NCBI GenBank assembly: GCA_963751275.1 | Contig: CAVVTZ010000012.1 | Span: forward strand, 32,001-96,000 | Source of the DNA: an uncultured Gemmatimonadaceae bacterium | Lineage (GTDB): Bacteria; Gemmatimonadota; Gemmatimonadetes; Gemmatimonadales; Gemmatimonadaceae | Direction of reading: 5' to 3' | Length of the DNA: 64,000 nt | Part shown: positions 31,415 to 41,335 of the stretch, piece by piece | Layout: every line of letters begins with the position of its first letter | Position numbering within the stretch: position 1 is the stretch's first letter | Translations under genes and position numbers: made by a program | Notes under the pieces: model-generated | The model's input: the letters and a program-made list of their open reading frames with translations, nothing else | What the model was told of the DNA's origin: nothing | The model's database searches: none

Positions 31415-33337
31415 ATGACTCGCACGTCCACACCGGCGGCTCCCGTTCCGCCGTCAGTCGTCATCCTCGGTTCGGACGCGCTGCTCACGGCGCTGCCGGC
31501 CACGCCGACGCAGCTCGCCAACGCGTGCTACGCCGCGGGGTACGAGGGCGTGTTCCCCGCCAGCTGGGGGGACGAGCTGGTGGCCGCCGGCTGCCTGAAG
31601 AACCTCGAGACGCGCGTCGGGCCGGCCATTCTGTGCTCGTGCCCGCTGGTGTCGGAGCAGCTGCGCGGCGTGGCGCCATTGCAGCGCTTCCAGCTGCATC
31701 TCATCTCGCCACCGGTGGCCGCCGCGCGGTATCTGCGCGCGCTCTGCGACGACGCGCCGCTGCGCATCACCTACGTGGGCGACTGCCCGGGCGCGGAGAA
31801 CGAAGCGATCGACGAGCGGGTGTCGCCGGCCGAGTTCCTGCGGCGGCTCTCGGAGCGCGGCATCACGCCGGTATCGCAGCGCCCCGATCTCGGCGCGAAC
31901 GTCCCGCGGGACCGGCGCCGCTTCTACTCGCTGCCCGGCGGCGCGCCCACGCCCGAATGGCTGTCGGCCGACTGGCCCAAGCGGATCCTCGTGGACAGCA
32001 ATGCGGGCGACGCGCTCGCGGATCTCGCGCACCATGCGCTCGCGCGCGAGAGCACGCTGATCGATTTCGCGCCGCAGCTCGGTTGCGCGTGCAGCGGCTC
32101 CGTTGGCGGGATCGCGCCGAACGAGGCGCGCAAGTCCGTGGCCGCGCTGGAGCCGCAGCGCGCGCGGCAGGAGGTGCTCGATCCCGATCTCCGGATCGCC
32201 GTGGAAGCGTTGGTGCCGATGGGCGCCGGCGGAGAGGAGGTCACGTGGGACGATTTTCTCGCTTCGCTGCCGGGCGCGCTCGCGGCGGATGGCGCGCCGG
32301 CCAATGCCGCGGCGCATCCGGGTGCGACCGCGCCGCCGCCGCAGCGGCGCTCGCGCGAGGGGAGCGTGCTGCCCCGTGCGTATGCGACGCCGCGCGTGAC
32401 GCGCCGCCGCACCGGCGCCTCGGAGGCCGTACCGGCCGCCGGTGCGCCCGCGCCCACGCCCGACACTCCACCGCCCGTCACGCGGCCGACGCCCGCGCCG
32501 AGGGCGAGCACGGCGCTGGCCGCCGCAGGCGCGCGCAGCACCCAGCCGGTGCCGCGGCGCTCGCAGCTCGTGGAGGGCGCGAGCGGCCCGCGCTATCCGG
32601 TCGCGCCGCGGCCCGCGCTCACGCCGGCCGACCGCTGGCTGCTGATCGCGACCGTGCTCGGTGCGAGCGCGCTGAGTGCATCGGTAGCGAGCTATCTCAC
32701 CGTGCGCGCGCTCGCGGGTCGGCCGGCGCCAGTCAGCGCGTCGGGAACGGTTGCCGTGACGCCCGCCGAGCGGCCGCTCGAGGCGGCGGCCGTGGCAAAG
32801 GACAGCCAGGCGGCGCTCATCGCGCACGCTGACACAGCCGCGCCGCCGCTCGCAATGCACCCGACGCCGGCGCCGCTCGGCGACCAGCGCACGCTCGCGA
32901 TCGCGCCGCCAACGGCGACTCCGGCGCCATCCGCGCTCGTCGCGGCGCCGGCGCCGCGCGGCCGGCCGGTGACCAAGCCCGCACCGTCCAAACCGCTGCA
33001 CCGCGCCACGCCGGCGCCGGCGAAGGCGCGCGAGGCCGCGCCGCCGCCGGTGAACGCGCGCACCGCGACGGCGCCGCTCGTGCTCCAAGCGGCGCCCGCG
33101 CCTGCTTCCGTGCCGGCCGCGCCGCCGCCGGCGCCGGTGGTGACGAAGGTCGACAGTGCGGCGCCCGCCGCGGTTCCCGCGCCCGCTCCGGCCGCCGTCG
33201 CGCCGGCCGCCGCGCCGCCGGTGGATGTCGCCGCCGAATTGAAGGCGATCCGCGAGGAGCTCAACGCGCGCAAGCGGCGCGTGGATTCCCTCACCAAGTC
33301 GCTGGACTCGCTGAAGACCGCGTCGCCGCCGCGCTGA
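31415..33337 (+). CDS. Degenerate [FeFe]-hydrogenase large-subunit C-terminal-like domain + Pro/Ala linker + TM + coiled coil
   Basis: SWGDELVA, ILCSCP, ISPPVAAARYLR, ITYVGDCP, IDERVSPAEF and LGCAC align by eye with Fe_hyd_lg_C blocks. Confidence 0.6.
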   Translation: MTRTSTPAAPVPPSVVILGSDALLTALPATPTQLANACYAAGYEGVFPASWGDELVAAGCLKNLETRVGPAILCSCPLVSEQLRGVAPLQRFQLHLISPPVAAARYLRALCDDAPLRITYVGDCPGAENEAIDERVSPAEFLRRLSERGITPVSQRPDLGANVPRDRRRFYSLPGGAPTPEWLSADWPKRILVDSNAGDALADLAHHALARESTLIDFAPQLGCACSGSVGGIAPNEARKSVAALEPQRARQEVLDPDLRIAVEALVPMGAGGEEVTWDDFLASLPGALAADGAPANAAAHPGATAPPPQRRSREGSVLPRAYATPRVTRRRTGASEAVPAAGAPAPTPDTPPPVTRPTPAPRASTALAAAGARSTQPVPRRSQLVEGASGPRYPVAPRPALTPADRWLLIATVLGASALSASVASYLTVRALAGRPAPVSASGTVAVTPAERPLEAAAVAKDSQAALIAHADTAAPPLAMHPTPAPLGDQRTLAIAPPTATPAPSALVAAPAPRGRPVTKPAPSKPLHRATPAPAKAREAAPPPVNARTATAPLVLQAAPAPASVPAAPPPAPVVTKVDSAAPAAVPAPAPAAVAPAAAPPVDVAAELKAIREELNARKRRVDSLTKSLDSLKTASPPR

Positions 33338-33344
33338 TCCCCGC

Positions 33345-33839
33345 ATGCTGACGGTGCTGCTCACGATGTGGATCGCCGTCGCGGCGCCGCCTGCGACGGA
33401 CTCGGTGGGCGTGAACCCGTTCCTGTGGTACGCGCCCGCGGCGCGCACCGCGCACCTGCGGGTCTCCGCCGGGCTCGATGGCAACAATGGCGGAATGAAC
33501 TTCAACGGCGCTTCGAAGGGCGGCGCCACCATCACGATCCCCGCGGGCTGGAGAGTGCGCCTGTCGTTCGTCAACCGCGATGCGGTGCCGCATTCCGCGA
33601 TCATCATCGCGGACCGCCCGCCGGTGCCGGCGATCCCCGAGACGCCGGCGTTCGGCGGCGCCTACACCACCGGGCTCACCGCCGGTCTGTCCACCGACCA
33701 GACCGACGAGCTGAACTTCACGGCGTCGCCGGCGGGACAGTACATTCTCGTGTGCGGCGTGCCCGGCCACGGCGCGAGCGGCATGTGGATCCGGTTCGTC
33801 GTGTCGCCCAATGCGGGGACGCCGGCCTACACCCAGTGA
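33345..33839 (+). CDS. Sulfocyanin-like blue copper protein
   Basis: MNFNG..TIPAGWRV..PHS..CGVPGHGASGMW gives the type-1 Cu ligands H, C, H, M. Confidence 0.85.
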   Translation: MLTVLLTMWIAVAAPPATDSVGVNPFLWYAPAARTAHLRVSAGLDGNNGGMNFNGASKGGATITIPAGWRVRLSFVNRDAVPHSAIIIADRPPVPAIPETPAFGGAYTTGLTAGLSTDQTDELNFTASPAGQYILVCGVPGHGASGMWIRFVVSPNAGTPAYTQ

Positions 33840-35107
33840 TGGATCCCTCAATGCTGAGCGCGGAACAGATCCAGGTCCTGATCTCGTACATCGGGGTCAT
33901 CGTGCAGCTCGTGGGCTCGGTGCTCCTCGTGGTGTTCTTCTTCCTGCTGCGCCGCAACATGTCGCGGAAGGCGTACTTCGGCATGTGGGCGTGGGCGTGG
34001 CTCTTCGTGACGCTCGCGATCCTGATGCTCGTGTACCGCTACCGGGCGATGCCGAATTTCAATGCCGCCGGCGGCGACTCGGCGCTGAGCGTGCAGCTGC
34101 TCTACATGCTGTACATGTTCCTCAAGCTGCTCTACCTCGAGTGCCTCGTGGCCGGCACGGTGATGTACGCGACGGGGCTGCGCGTGCGGCGCTACTTCAC
34201 GATCACGGTCATCGGCGCGGTGGCGTACTCGATCATCGCCGTGCTCATCGGGCAGAACCTGAACGCGATCGTCGTGTGGCAGACGCCGGTGGCGGTGGCG
34301 GGCTATACCTACTGCGCGTACACGCTGCTGCGCCTCTCGCCGTCGCGGCGCAGCCTGGGCAGCGAGACGACCGGCACGATCTTCGGCCTCGCGGGCGCGG
34401 TATGGGCGCTGTACGCGGGCGCCTTCGGGCTGAACCTGGTGGGCGATCCGGCGAGCAACCCGCTGATCGAGGTGGTGCGGCACAATTCGTACGTGGACAT
34501 CCTTGTCCAGGTGCTCCTCGGGTTCGGCATGGTGGTGATGCTGCTCGAGGATGCGAAGCGCGAAGTGGACGATGCGCACGCCGAGCTCGAGGTGGCGCAC
34601 AATCACCTGCGGCGCGAGGCGCTGCTCGATCCGCTCACCGAGGCGCTCAACCGACGCGCGTTCAGCGAGGGCGTCGGCCTCGAGTCGGCGAAGGCGGCGT
34701 TCGGCGCGGTCGCCATGCTCGACATGGACAATCTCAAGGTGATCAACGACTCCCACGGCCACGCCGCAGGCGACGCGCTGCTGCGCTATCTGGTGCGCGT
34801 GTTGCGCGGAACGGTGCGCCCGTCGGATCGCGTGTACCGGTGGGGCGGGGACGAGTTCCTCGTGGTGCTGCCCGGCGCGACGCTCGAGGACGCGGAGTAC
34901 CGGCTCGGCCACGCGCTAACGACCGCGATGCCGCTGATGCTGCCGGGGATCACCGAGCCGCTGGCGCTCTTGGTGAGCGTGGGCTGCGCGCCATTCGCGG
35001 GAGCCGAGGAGTTGATCGTGGCGATCGAGGCGGCGGATCAAGCGATGTACGCGCAGAAGGCGCGCCGGAAATCGCGCGGGTCGGCCGCCGCGCAGTCGGT
35101 GGCGTGA
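33839..35107 (+). CDS. Multi-TM diguanylate cyclase
   Basis: About seven hydrophobic helices; DPLT..NRR, DMDNLK.IND.HGH..GD, GGDEF; TGATG coupling with the upstream gene. Confidence 0.9.
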   Translation: MDPSMLSAEQIQVLISYIGVIVQLVGSVLLVVFFFLLRRNMSRKAYFGMWAWAWLFVTLAILMLVYRYRAMPNFNAAGGDSALSVQLLYMLYMFLKLLYLECLVAGTVMYATGLRVRRYFTITVIGAVAYSIIAVLIGQNLNAIVVWQTPVAVAGYTYCAYTLLRLSPSRRSLGSETTGTIFGLAGAVWALYAGAFGLNLVGDPASNPLIEVVRHNSYVDILVQVLLGFGMVVMLLEDAKREVDDAHAELEVAHNHLRREALLDPLTEALNRRAFSEGVGLESAKAAFGAVAMLDMDNLKVINDSHGHAAGDALLRYLVRVLRGTVRPSDRVYRWGGDEFLVVLPGATLEDAEYRLGHALTTAMPLMLPGITEPLALLVSVGCAPFAGAEELIVAIEAADQAMYAQKARRKSRGSAAAQSVA

Positions 35108-35111
35108 CGCG

Positions 35112-35498
35112 ATGAGGCTGCGCGACAAGGCGGAGATCATCATCGCCTGCGCGCTGCTGCCTCCCGCGCTCGAGGTGATCCCGGCGGCGCGGATCGCGGC
35201 GTGGCTGCGGCGCCTGCGTCCGCGCCGCGACCGGTCGATCTCGGGGGAGCGATACGCGTCGGCGGTGGACCGTGTGCTGGATCGCGGGGCGCTGGTGTGG
35301 CGGAACACATGCCTGCGGCGCGCGGTGGTGCTCACGGCATTGTTGCGCCGGGCGGGACGTGATGCCGAGGTCGTGATCGGCGTGCGGCGGAGTTCCGACG
35401 GAAGGGTCGAGGCGCACGCGTGGCTGCGGTGCGATGGCGTGGAACCGTACCTCGAACCGCAGGATATCGAGTCATTCGTCCGGCTCACGCCTGCTTAG
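35112..35498 (+). CDS. Lasso peptide B2-like (transglutaminase-like) protein
   Basis: TCLRRA, VVIGVRR and AHAWL motifs. Confidence 0.8.
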   Translation: MRLRDKAEIIIACALLPPALEVIPAARIAAWLRRLRPRRDRSISGERYASAVDRVLDRGALVWRNTCLRRAVVLTALLRRAGRDAEVVIGVRRSSDGRVEAHAWLRCDGVEPYLEPQDIESFVRLTPA

Positions 35499-35520
35499 AC
35501 ACGAACTCCGCACGTCGAAA

Positions 35521-35640
35521 CCCGAACGCCTCACGCGGTGCAGTCCGTTCGGCGCACGCCTCACGCCTCACGGCATTCGGGGTGCGCCTCACGCCACCGA
35601 ATCAGTTCGGCGCACGCCTCACGCCTCACGGCGTTCGGGT
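35521..35640. repeat. One-armed array of CGCCTCA-heptamer / ACGGCGTTCGGG units
   Basis: Two copies of gttcggcgcacgcctcacgcctcacggc.ttcggg; same family as 48143 and 57297. Confidence 0.85.
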
Positions 35641-35655
35641 TGTGTAGGATGCAGA

Positions 35656-35690
35656 ACCGCCCGCGGCGCGTGATTCGCGCCGCGGGCGGT
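35656..35690. terminator. 15-bp GC hairpin between convergent genes
   Basis: accgcccgcggcgcg-tgatt-cgcgccgcgggcggt. Confidence 0.6.
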
Positions 35691-35706
35691 CGTTCGTGCA
35701 AGGAGC

Positions 35707-36573
35707 TTAGTGGCAGTTGGAGACGTTGTGCGTGTCGAGGTCCAGATCGCACGTGACCCCTCCGTCCAGCAGCGTCGCGATGTTCGTGCCGTTGAAGGTC
35801 ACCACGAGGCGGCGCGTGTCGGTCTGGTCATAGGTGCCCGCCACGAAGTGCGTGGACTCATTGATCGTGATCGAGCCGGAGAGCGGGTACGGGTGCTGCG
35901 AGCGCGGCATTTGGAAGGTCACCGCCGCCACGGTGTCGTAGCCGGTCTGCGTAAGGATGCGCTCCGCGCCGTTCGACGGGGTGTACGTCGCGACATGGTG
36001 CTGCGCGGCGGCGCCGGTCCAGATATGCTGCGGGCCGTTGACGGGCGTCGCGGCGACGCCGGCCGGGACGCGCAGCACGGCCATCGTCGCGGCGCTCGAG
36101 TCATCCACGGCCACGTCGCGGTTGGCGCGCGCCGAGGAGTTCACGGTGCCGTCGGCGGTCCACTTGAGATTCACCGAGTCCGTTGGCGACGGGTTGTTCC
36201 ACCACAGGTCGTAGTTGGTGCCGGTCCAGAAGCGGATCGAGCGCGTGACGGTCAGGTCCACGCCCGAATCGAGCACGGCCACGCAGTTGTACCAGCCGCT
36301 GCCATCGGGGCCGCTGCAGTTCACGGTCGTCGGCGCGACGACCGCCGCCGAGGCGTTGCCGATATCGGTCGCGGCGCCGAAGGCGCTCTCATTCGAATTC
36401 AACTCGGCGATCGTCATGGCGGCGCCTTCACCGGCCCCTTGGCGCGCGCCGTCGGCGACTTCCGCCGAGCTCGGCGCGCCGGACGACGACGTCGTATTGT
36501 CGCTCGAACAGGCGGCGAGGCCGAAGAGCACGGCCGCGGCGCCCACGCTGTACGACAGGATCTTGCGGTTCAT
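35707..36573 (-). CDS. Hypothetical lipoprotein
   Basis: MNRKILSYSVGAAAVLFGLAAC lipobox; GAGG RBS. Confidence 0.8.
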   Translation of the reverse strand: MNRKILSYSVGAAAVLFGLAACSSDNTTSSSGAPSSAEVADGARQGAGEGAAMTIAELNSNESAFGAATDIGNASAAVVAPTTVNCSGPDGSGWYNCVAVLDSGVDLTVTRSIRFWTGTNYDLWWNNPSPTDSVNLKWTADGTVNSSARANRDVAVDDSSAATMAVLRVPAGVAATPVNGPQHIWTGAAAQHHVATYTPSNGAERILTQTGYDTVAAVTFQMPRSQHPYPLSGSITINESTHFVAGTYDQTDTRRLVVTFNGTNIATLLDGGVTCDLDLDTHNVSNCH

Positions 36574-36734
36574 ATCAAGGCCTCTGGAAATAAGGTGAAC
36601 GGGTGCGGTCTCCCTGCTCACCGTGTCAGACGAGCGGCCGCCGCCGACGTTAAGAGGCGATCCGCGGCCCCGCGCTTGCCCGCGCCGCGGCCACAACGTA
36701 CATCTCGCGTCACCCATTCTCCGATAGCGGATCA

Positions 36735-38177
36735 GTGACCCAGCGCACATCCGCGGGCGCCCAGGCGCCCGCCCGTTCCCGCACGAAGATCGTCTGCACG
36801 CTCGGACCCGCCTCCTCCTCCCCGGAGGTGCTGCGCTCACTCATGGAAGCCGGGCTCAACGTCGCGCGCATCAACTTCTCGCACGGCTCCCACGAGGAAC
36901 ACGCCGGCACGATCGCGACGGTGCGGCGGATCGCGCGCGAATGCGGCGTCCCGTCGCGATCCTGGGCGACCTGCAGGGTCCGCGGATCCGCGTCGGCGAT
37001 CTCGAGAAGCCGTTGCAGCTCGACGAGGGTGAGCAGGTGGTGCTCGCGCCGGAGGAGAGCGCCATCCCCGGCGAGATCCCGGTCACCTACGACGGCCTCG
37101 CGCGCGACGTCAAGCTCGGCAGCCGCATCCTGATGGACGACGGCCTGATCGAGCTCACCGTGACCGAGGTGCGCGCGCATGCCGTGGGCGCGCGCGTCGT
37201 GCACGGCGGCACGCTCCGCGAGCACAAGGGGATGAACCTCCCGGGCGTCGTGGTGAGTGCCCCGTCGCTCACCGACAAGGACCGCGCCGACATCGCCTTC
37301 GCCGTCGCGCAGGACCTCGACTATCTCGCGCTGAGCTTCGTGCGCAAGGCGGATGACATCCGGGCGCTGCGCGCGCTCGTGCCCAAGGGCCTCCTGCTGG
37401 TCGCGAAGATCGAGAAGGACACGGCGCTCGCGGACATCGTGCCCATCGTGGAGACGGCCGACGCGGTGATGGTCGCGCGCGGCGACCTCGGCGTCGAACT
37501 GCCCTTCGAGGAAGTGCCGATCGCGCAGAAACGGATCATCGCCGTCGCCAACCAGATCGGCCGGCCGGTGATCACGGCGACGCAGATGCTCGAGTCGATG
37601 GTGACGAACCCGCGCCCGACGCGCGCCGAAGCGAGCGATGTCGCCAACGCGATCCTCGACGGCACGGACGCGGTGATGCTGAGCGCCGAGACGGCCGCGG
37701 GGGCGTACCCGCGCCTCTCCGTGGAGGCGATGTCGCGGATCATCCAGGAGATCGAGCGTCACCCGGCGCCGCACCATGCGCGCCGCGCGCGGGACTCGGG
37801 CGGCGACGCGCCGGCGCGCACGGAGGATGCGATCGCCGCGGCGACCTCGGCCGCCGCGCACTCGCTGCACGCGCCGCTCGTGATCGTGTTCACCAAAGGC
37901 GGATCGAGCGCGCGGGTCGTGGCGTCGCACCGGCCGGATGTGCCCATCCTCGCGGTCACCGACCTGGAGCGCACGTACCGGCAGCTCTCGCTCGTGTGGG
38001 GCGTGCAGCCGGAGCTCGTGACCCACGCCGACAATTACGACCGAGATGTTCGCGCGCGCCCGCGAGGTGATCGAGCGCACGGGCATCGCGAAGCCCGGCG
38101 ACCGCGTGCTCGTCACCGCCGGCGTGCCCTTCGACGTGCCCGGCTCCACCAATCTCCTCAAGGTGGAAGTGTTGTGA
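36735..38177 (+). CDS. pyk: Pyruvate kinase; frameshifts ~36945 and ~38040
   Basis: [49 protein letters not shown]. Confidence 0.95.
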
Positions 38178-38954
38178 AGCTGACGTTCCTCGGCACCGGG
38201 ACGAGCTACGGCGTTCCGCAGATCGGTTGTCACTGCGCCGTCTGCACGAGCACCGACCCTCGCGACCGGCGCACGCGGAGCGGCGCGGTGGTGGAGACCG
38301 ATGCGGGGAAGCGGATCCTGATCGACACGCCCCCGAGCTGCGCCTGCAGCTCACCGGCGCGGGGATCGACGACGTGGACGCGGTGCTCTACACGCACGAG
38401 CACGCCGATCACACGCACGGCATCGATGATCTGCGCGCGATCTCGCAGCGCGCGGCGCGCGCCGATCCCGGTGTACGGACCGGGCCCCACGATGGAGAGT
38501 CTCGCGAAGCGCTTCCCGTACATCTTCGATGCGCTGATCCGGCCCGCGCCCGGCACGAACAAGCCCGAAGGGACGTTCCATGTGCTCGACCGCCGGCGTG
38601 AGCGAGCGGATCGGCGGCGTGGACGTGATGCCGGTGGCGGTGCCGCACGGCCCGATGCAGGTGCTCGGCTACCGCATTGGCGCGCTCGGGTACATCACGG
38701 ATGCGAAGGAACTGCCGGCACCGGCGCTCGAGCTGTTCCGCGGCGTGCGCGTGCTGGTGCTCGACGCGCTGTTCCGGCACGCGCACCCGACGCACCTGTC
38801 GATCGACGAGGCGGTGGCGACAGCGCGCCGCACGGCGCGCCAGCGGACGTTCCTGACGCACCTGACGCACGAGAACGGCCATGCGGATCTCGTGCGCGAG
38901 CTGCCGCCCGACGTGCAGCCAGCGTACGACGGACTCGTCATCACCATAGATTGA
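38174..38954 (+). CDS. MBL-fold metallohydrolase (PhnP/YycJ-like); several frameshifts
   Basis: [49 protein letters not shown]. Confidence 0.88.
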
Positions 38955-38977
38955 ATCGGGCCTCGTCACTGAGGGAC

Positions 38978-39096
38978 TCGAAACCCGAAATCCGTGATTC
39001 GTCCCCCGAACTCCGTCAATGACGAGTGGTTCGTCGTGCTCGAACCACTCGTCATTGACGGAGTTCGGGGGACGTATCACGCGCTTCGAGGTTCGA
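38978..39096. repeat. Palindrome of the CCCCGAACTCCG family
   Basis: Core 38993-39081 has ~41-bp arms (1 mismatch) and a 7-nt loop; the outer extension is imperfect. Confidence 0.92.
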
Positions 39097-39140
39097 ATGA
39101 CGCAGTTCCCGTTTCTGAATACCTTCGACTGGAGTTCGAT

Positions 39141-39809
39141 ATGAAGCCATATTTGCTTGGCCTCGCCGCCGCAATGCTCGGGGTCGCCGCCTGTAGCAAG
39201 GGCGCGGACAAGTCCGCCGCCACGACCATCGATTCCGCCAAGCTGGCCGTGAATGACAGTGCGGCCGCACCCGCCGTTGCCGCCGCGCCGGCCGCCGTGC
39301 CGGGTGCCAAGGGTGCGAATCTCAAGCTCCACCTGCCGGCGATCGCGCAGCTCAGCATGGCCAAGGCACCGCCCAATGCGAAGCGCGGGAAGGGGATCGG
39401 TCACGCCCCGCTCTGGATGAAGACCGAGCGCAACCCCAAGGACGACGACAACATCTGGACCGACAAGATCGACATGGCGGGCGACGGCGTCGCGGAGGAC
39501 GCGGATCTGGTCGTGAGCGACGACACGCACACCGCCTACGCGTACGCCAAGGAGACCGTGCAGTGCAAGGACGGCACGGTGGTGGAAGGGGCCGAACTGA
39601 TGGCGGTGTACCGGGCCAACAATACCTGGAAGCAGCCGGCCGGGTCGGGCTGGTATGCCACCGCGCTGACGCCGGGCCAGTGCGGCGCGACGCAGCCATC
39701 GATCTGGGGCGCGCGCTTCGACGCTTCTGGCAAGATCACCGCGGAAGGCTTCGCGACGATCGAGACGCCGTCCGGTGATCTCGTGATCCTCGCGACGCCG
39801 GCGAAATAG
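39141..39809 (+). CDS. Hypothetical lipoprotein
   Basis: GGAG RBS; MKPYLLGLAAAMLGVAAC lipobox. Confidence 0.8.
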   Translation: MKPYLLGLAAAMLGVAACSKGADKSAATTIDSAKLAVNDSAAAPAVAAAPAAVPGAKGANLKLHLPAIAQLSMAKAPPNAKRGKGIGHAPLWMKTERNPKDDDNIWTDKIDMAGDGVAEDADLVVSDDTHTAYAYAKETVQCKDGTVVEGAELMAVYRANNTWKQPAGSGWYATALTPGQCGATQPSIWGARFDASGKITAEGFATIETPSGDLVILATPAK

Positions 39810-39848
39810 GTCCACGTTCCCGGTCACGGGTGACGCGAGCGGCGCCAC

Positions 39849-41331
39849 GTGACCGGGAAGTTCCCTGACGCGCCCTGGCCGCGCGCGCGTTATCTTCCGG
39901 CCGTGCTGATTCCCGCCTCTCGCGGCCCGCTCCGGCGGCGCATCATTCCGCTTTCCGTCGCGCTCGTCGTGCTGGCCGTCGCCGGCTGCCCGAACACGAG
40001 CGAGCATCAGGTTCCCACACCGGCGCCGGTTGACACGTCACGTGCGCCTGTCGCCCCCGTAGATACGGCGCCGTCGCCGAAGCCGGAGCCGCCCCCACCG
40101 CCGCCGCCGCCGCCACCTCCGTCACCCGCGCCGGTGGTGGTCGCGGCGGCGCCGAAGCCGACACCCAAGCCGAAACCCAAGCCGAAGCCCAAGCCCAAGC
40201 CGCCGGCTACGCATCCCGCGGCGACGGTGGCGGTCGTGACGCCCAGGCCGGCGCCGGTCACCGCCCCGAAGACGACGCCGCCGAAGGGTAAGCGCTCGGG
40301 CACGGCGACACGGCCCAAGCCCAAAGCGAAGCCCACGCCGAAGCCGGTCGTGCCCGCCGGACCGACGGCGGCGGAACTCGCCGCCCGCGATTCCATCGCG
40401 CGCGCGTGGTACGCGGATTCGCTGGCGCGCGCGGCCGCGTGCCGCGATTCCGTGGCGCGCGCGGCCTTCGTGCGCGATTCCCTCGCGCGCGTCGCGTTCG
40501 TCCGGGATTCGCTCCAGCGAGTGGCGTGGGTGCGCGATTCGATCGCGCGCGTCGCCGCGCTCGAGGATTCCCTCGCGCGCGCAGCGGCGGCGACGAAGGC
40601 CGCCGAGGAGGATTCTGCCTACGGCCCCGACGGCGCGATGCCGCGCATCCAGGATGATCCGTACATCACGAAGCCGACGGCGACCGTTCAGCTCACGTTC
40701 GTGAAGCAGGTCTACAACAACTACGACCAGATCCAGTTCAGCTACGCGCGCCCCTTCATGCACAAGCAGGCGTCGTGGCAGATCGACGTCCCCTTCCAGC
40801 ACTGGGACAGCGTGGGCGCCTCGAAGATCGTGAACGGCCCGGCGAACCTCACGTTCACCGTCAACAAGACGATCAGCGAGTCCAAGTGGCGCCAGATCGG
40901 CCAGCATCAGCCTCTCGCCGAACATCGGCAGCATCGTTCCGTATGAGATCGGCAACGACCAGTGGGTCGCGCTATTCCAATATTCGATCAGCCACTGGTT
41001 CGCGGACAATCGGGTGCAGCTGCGATTGATGCCCACTGGCGATACGGCTTTGCCGTGGACACCCTGTATCGGAACAGCAGAAGAACGTGATCGTGCCGCG
41101 CGTGGTAGTGAGCGGGCGGATCACGTCCAAGGTGTGGGGGACGCTCGACTGGCGCCCCCGCTTCGACATCACGCGCGATCAGTACTACGCGACGCTCATG
41201 GCGCTCGTCTCGCGCCCGCTGCCGTGGTGGACCTCGGTGCCCAGCTGGGCTATGAGTTCCCGCTCGACAGCCTCGCGAAGCGACGCGTGGAACTCCAGAA
41301 GGTGTACTTCACGGTCTCCAAGACCTTCTGA
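39849..41331 (+). CDS. Probable lipoprotein: Pro/Lys-rich stalk, 10-aa DS[LIV]AR repeats, C-terminal beta-barrel-like domain; several frameshifts after ~40900
   Basis: VAGC lipobox; PKPKPK; seven DSxxR repeats; ends VYFTVSKTF. Start codon uncertain. Confidence 0.6.
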
Positions 41332-41335
41332 TCCC

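Noticed and set aside
27454..31521. Long ORF-track entries such as 27454-31521(-), 31454-33607(-), 62001-63989(-), 8108-10399(+) and 6258-8153(+)
   Set aside because: Mostly shadow frames of real genes in high-GC DNA. The 27454-31521 frame is genuine only for ~28525-29065, as part of the frameshifted secreted gene.
31415..33337. Functional [FeFe]-hydrogenase
   Set aside because: The H-cluster motifs are degenerate, the conserved Lys is missing, and the window has no ferredoxin domains or maturases.
35112..35498. Lasso peptide gene cluster
   Set aside because: No cyclase, RRE or plausible precursor nearby.
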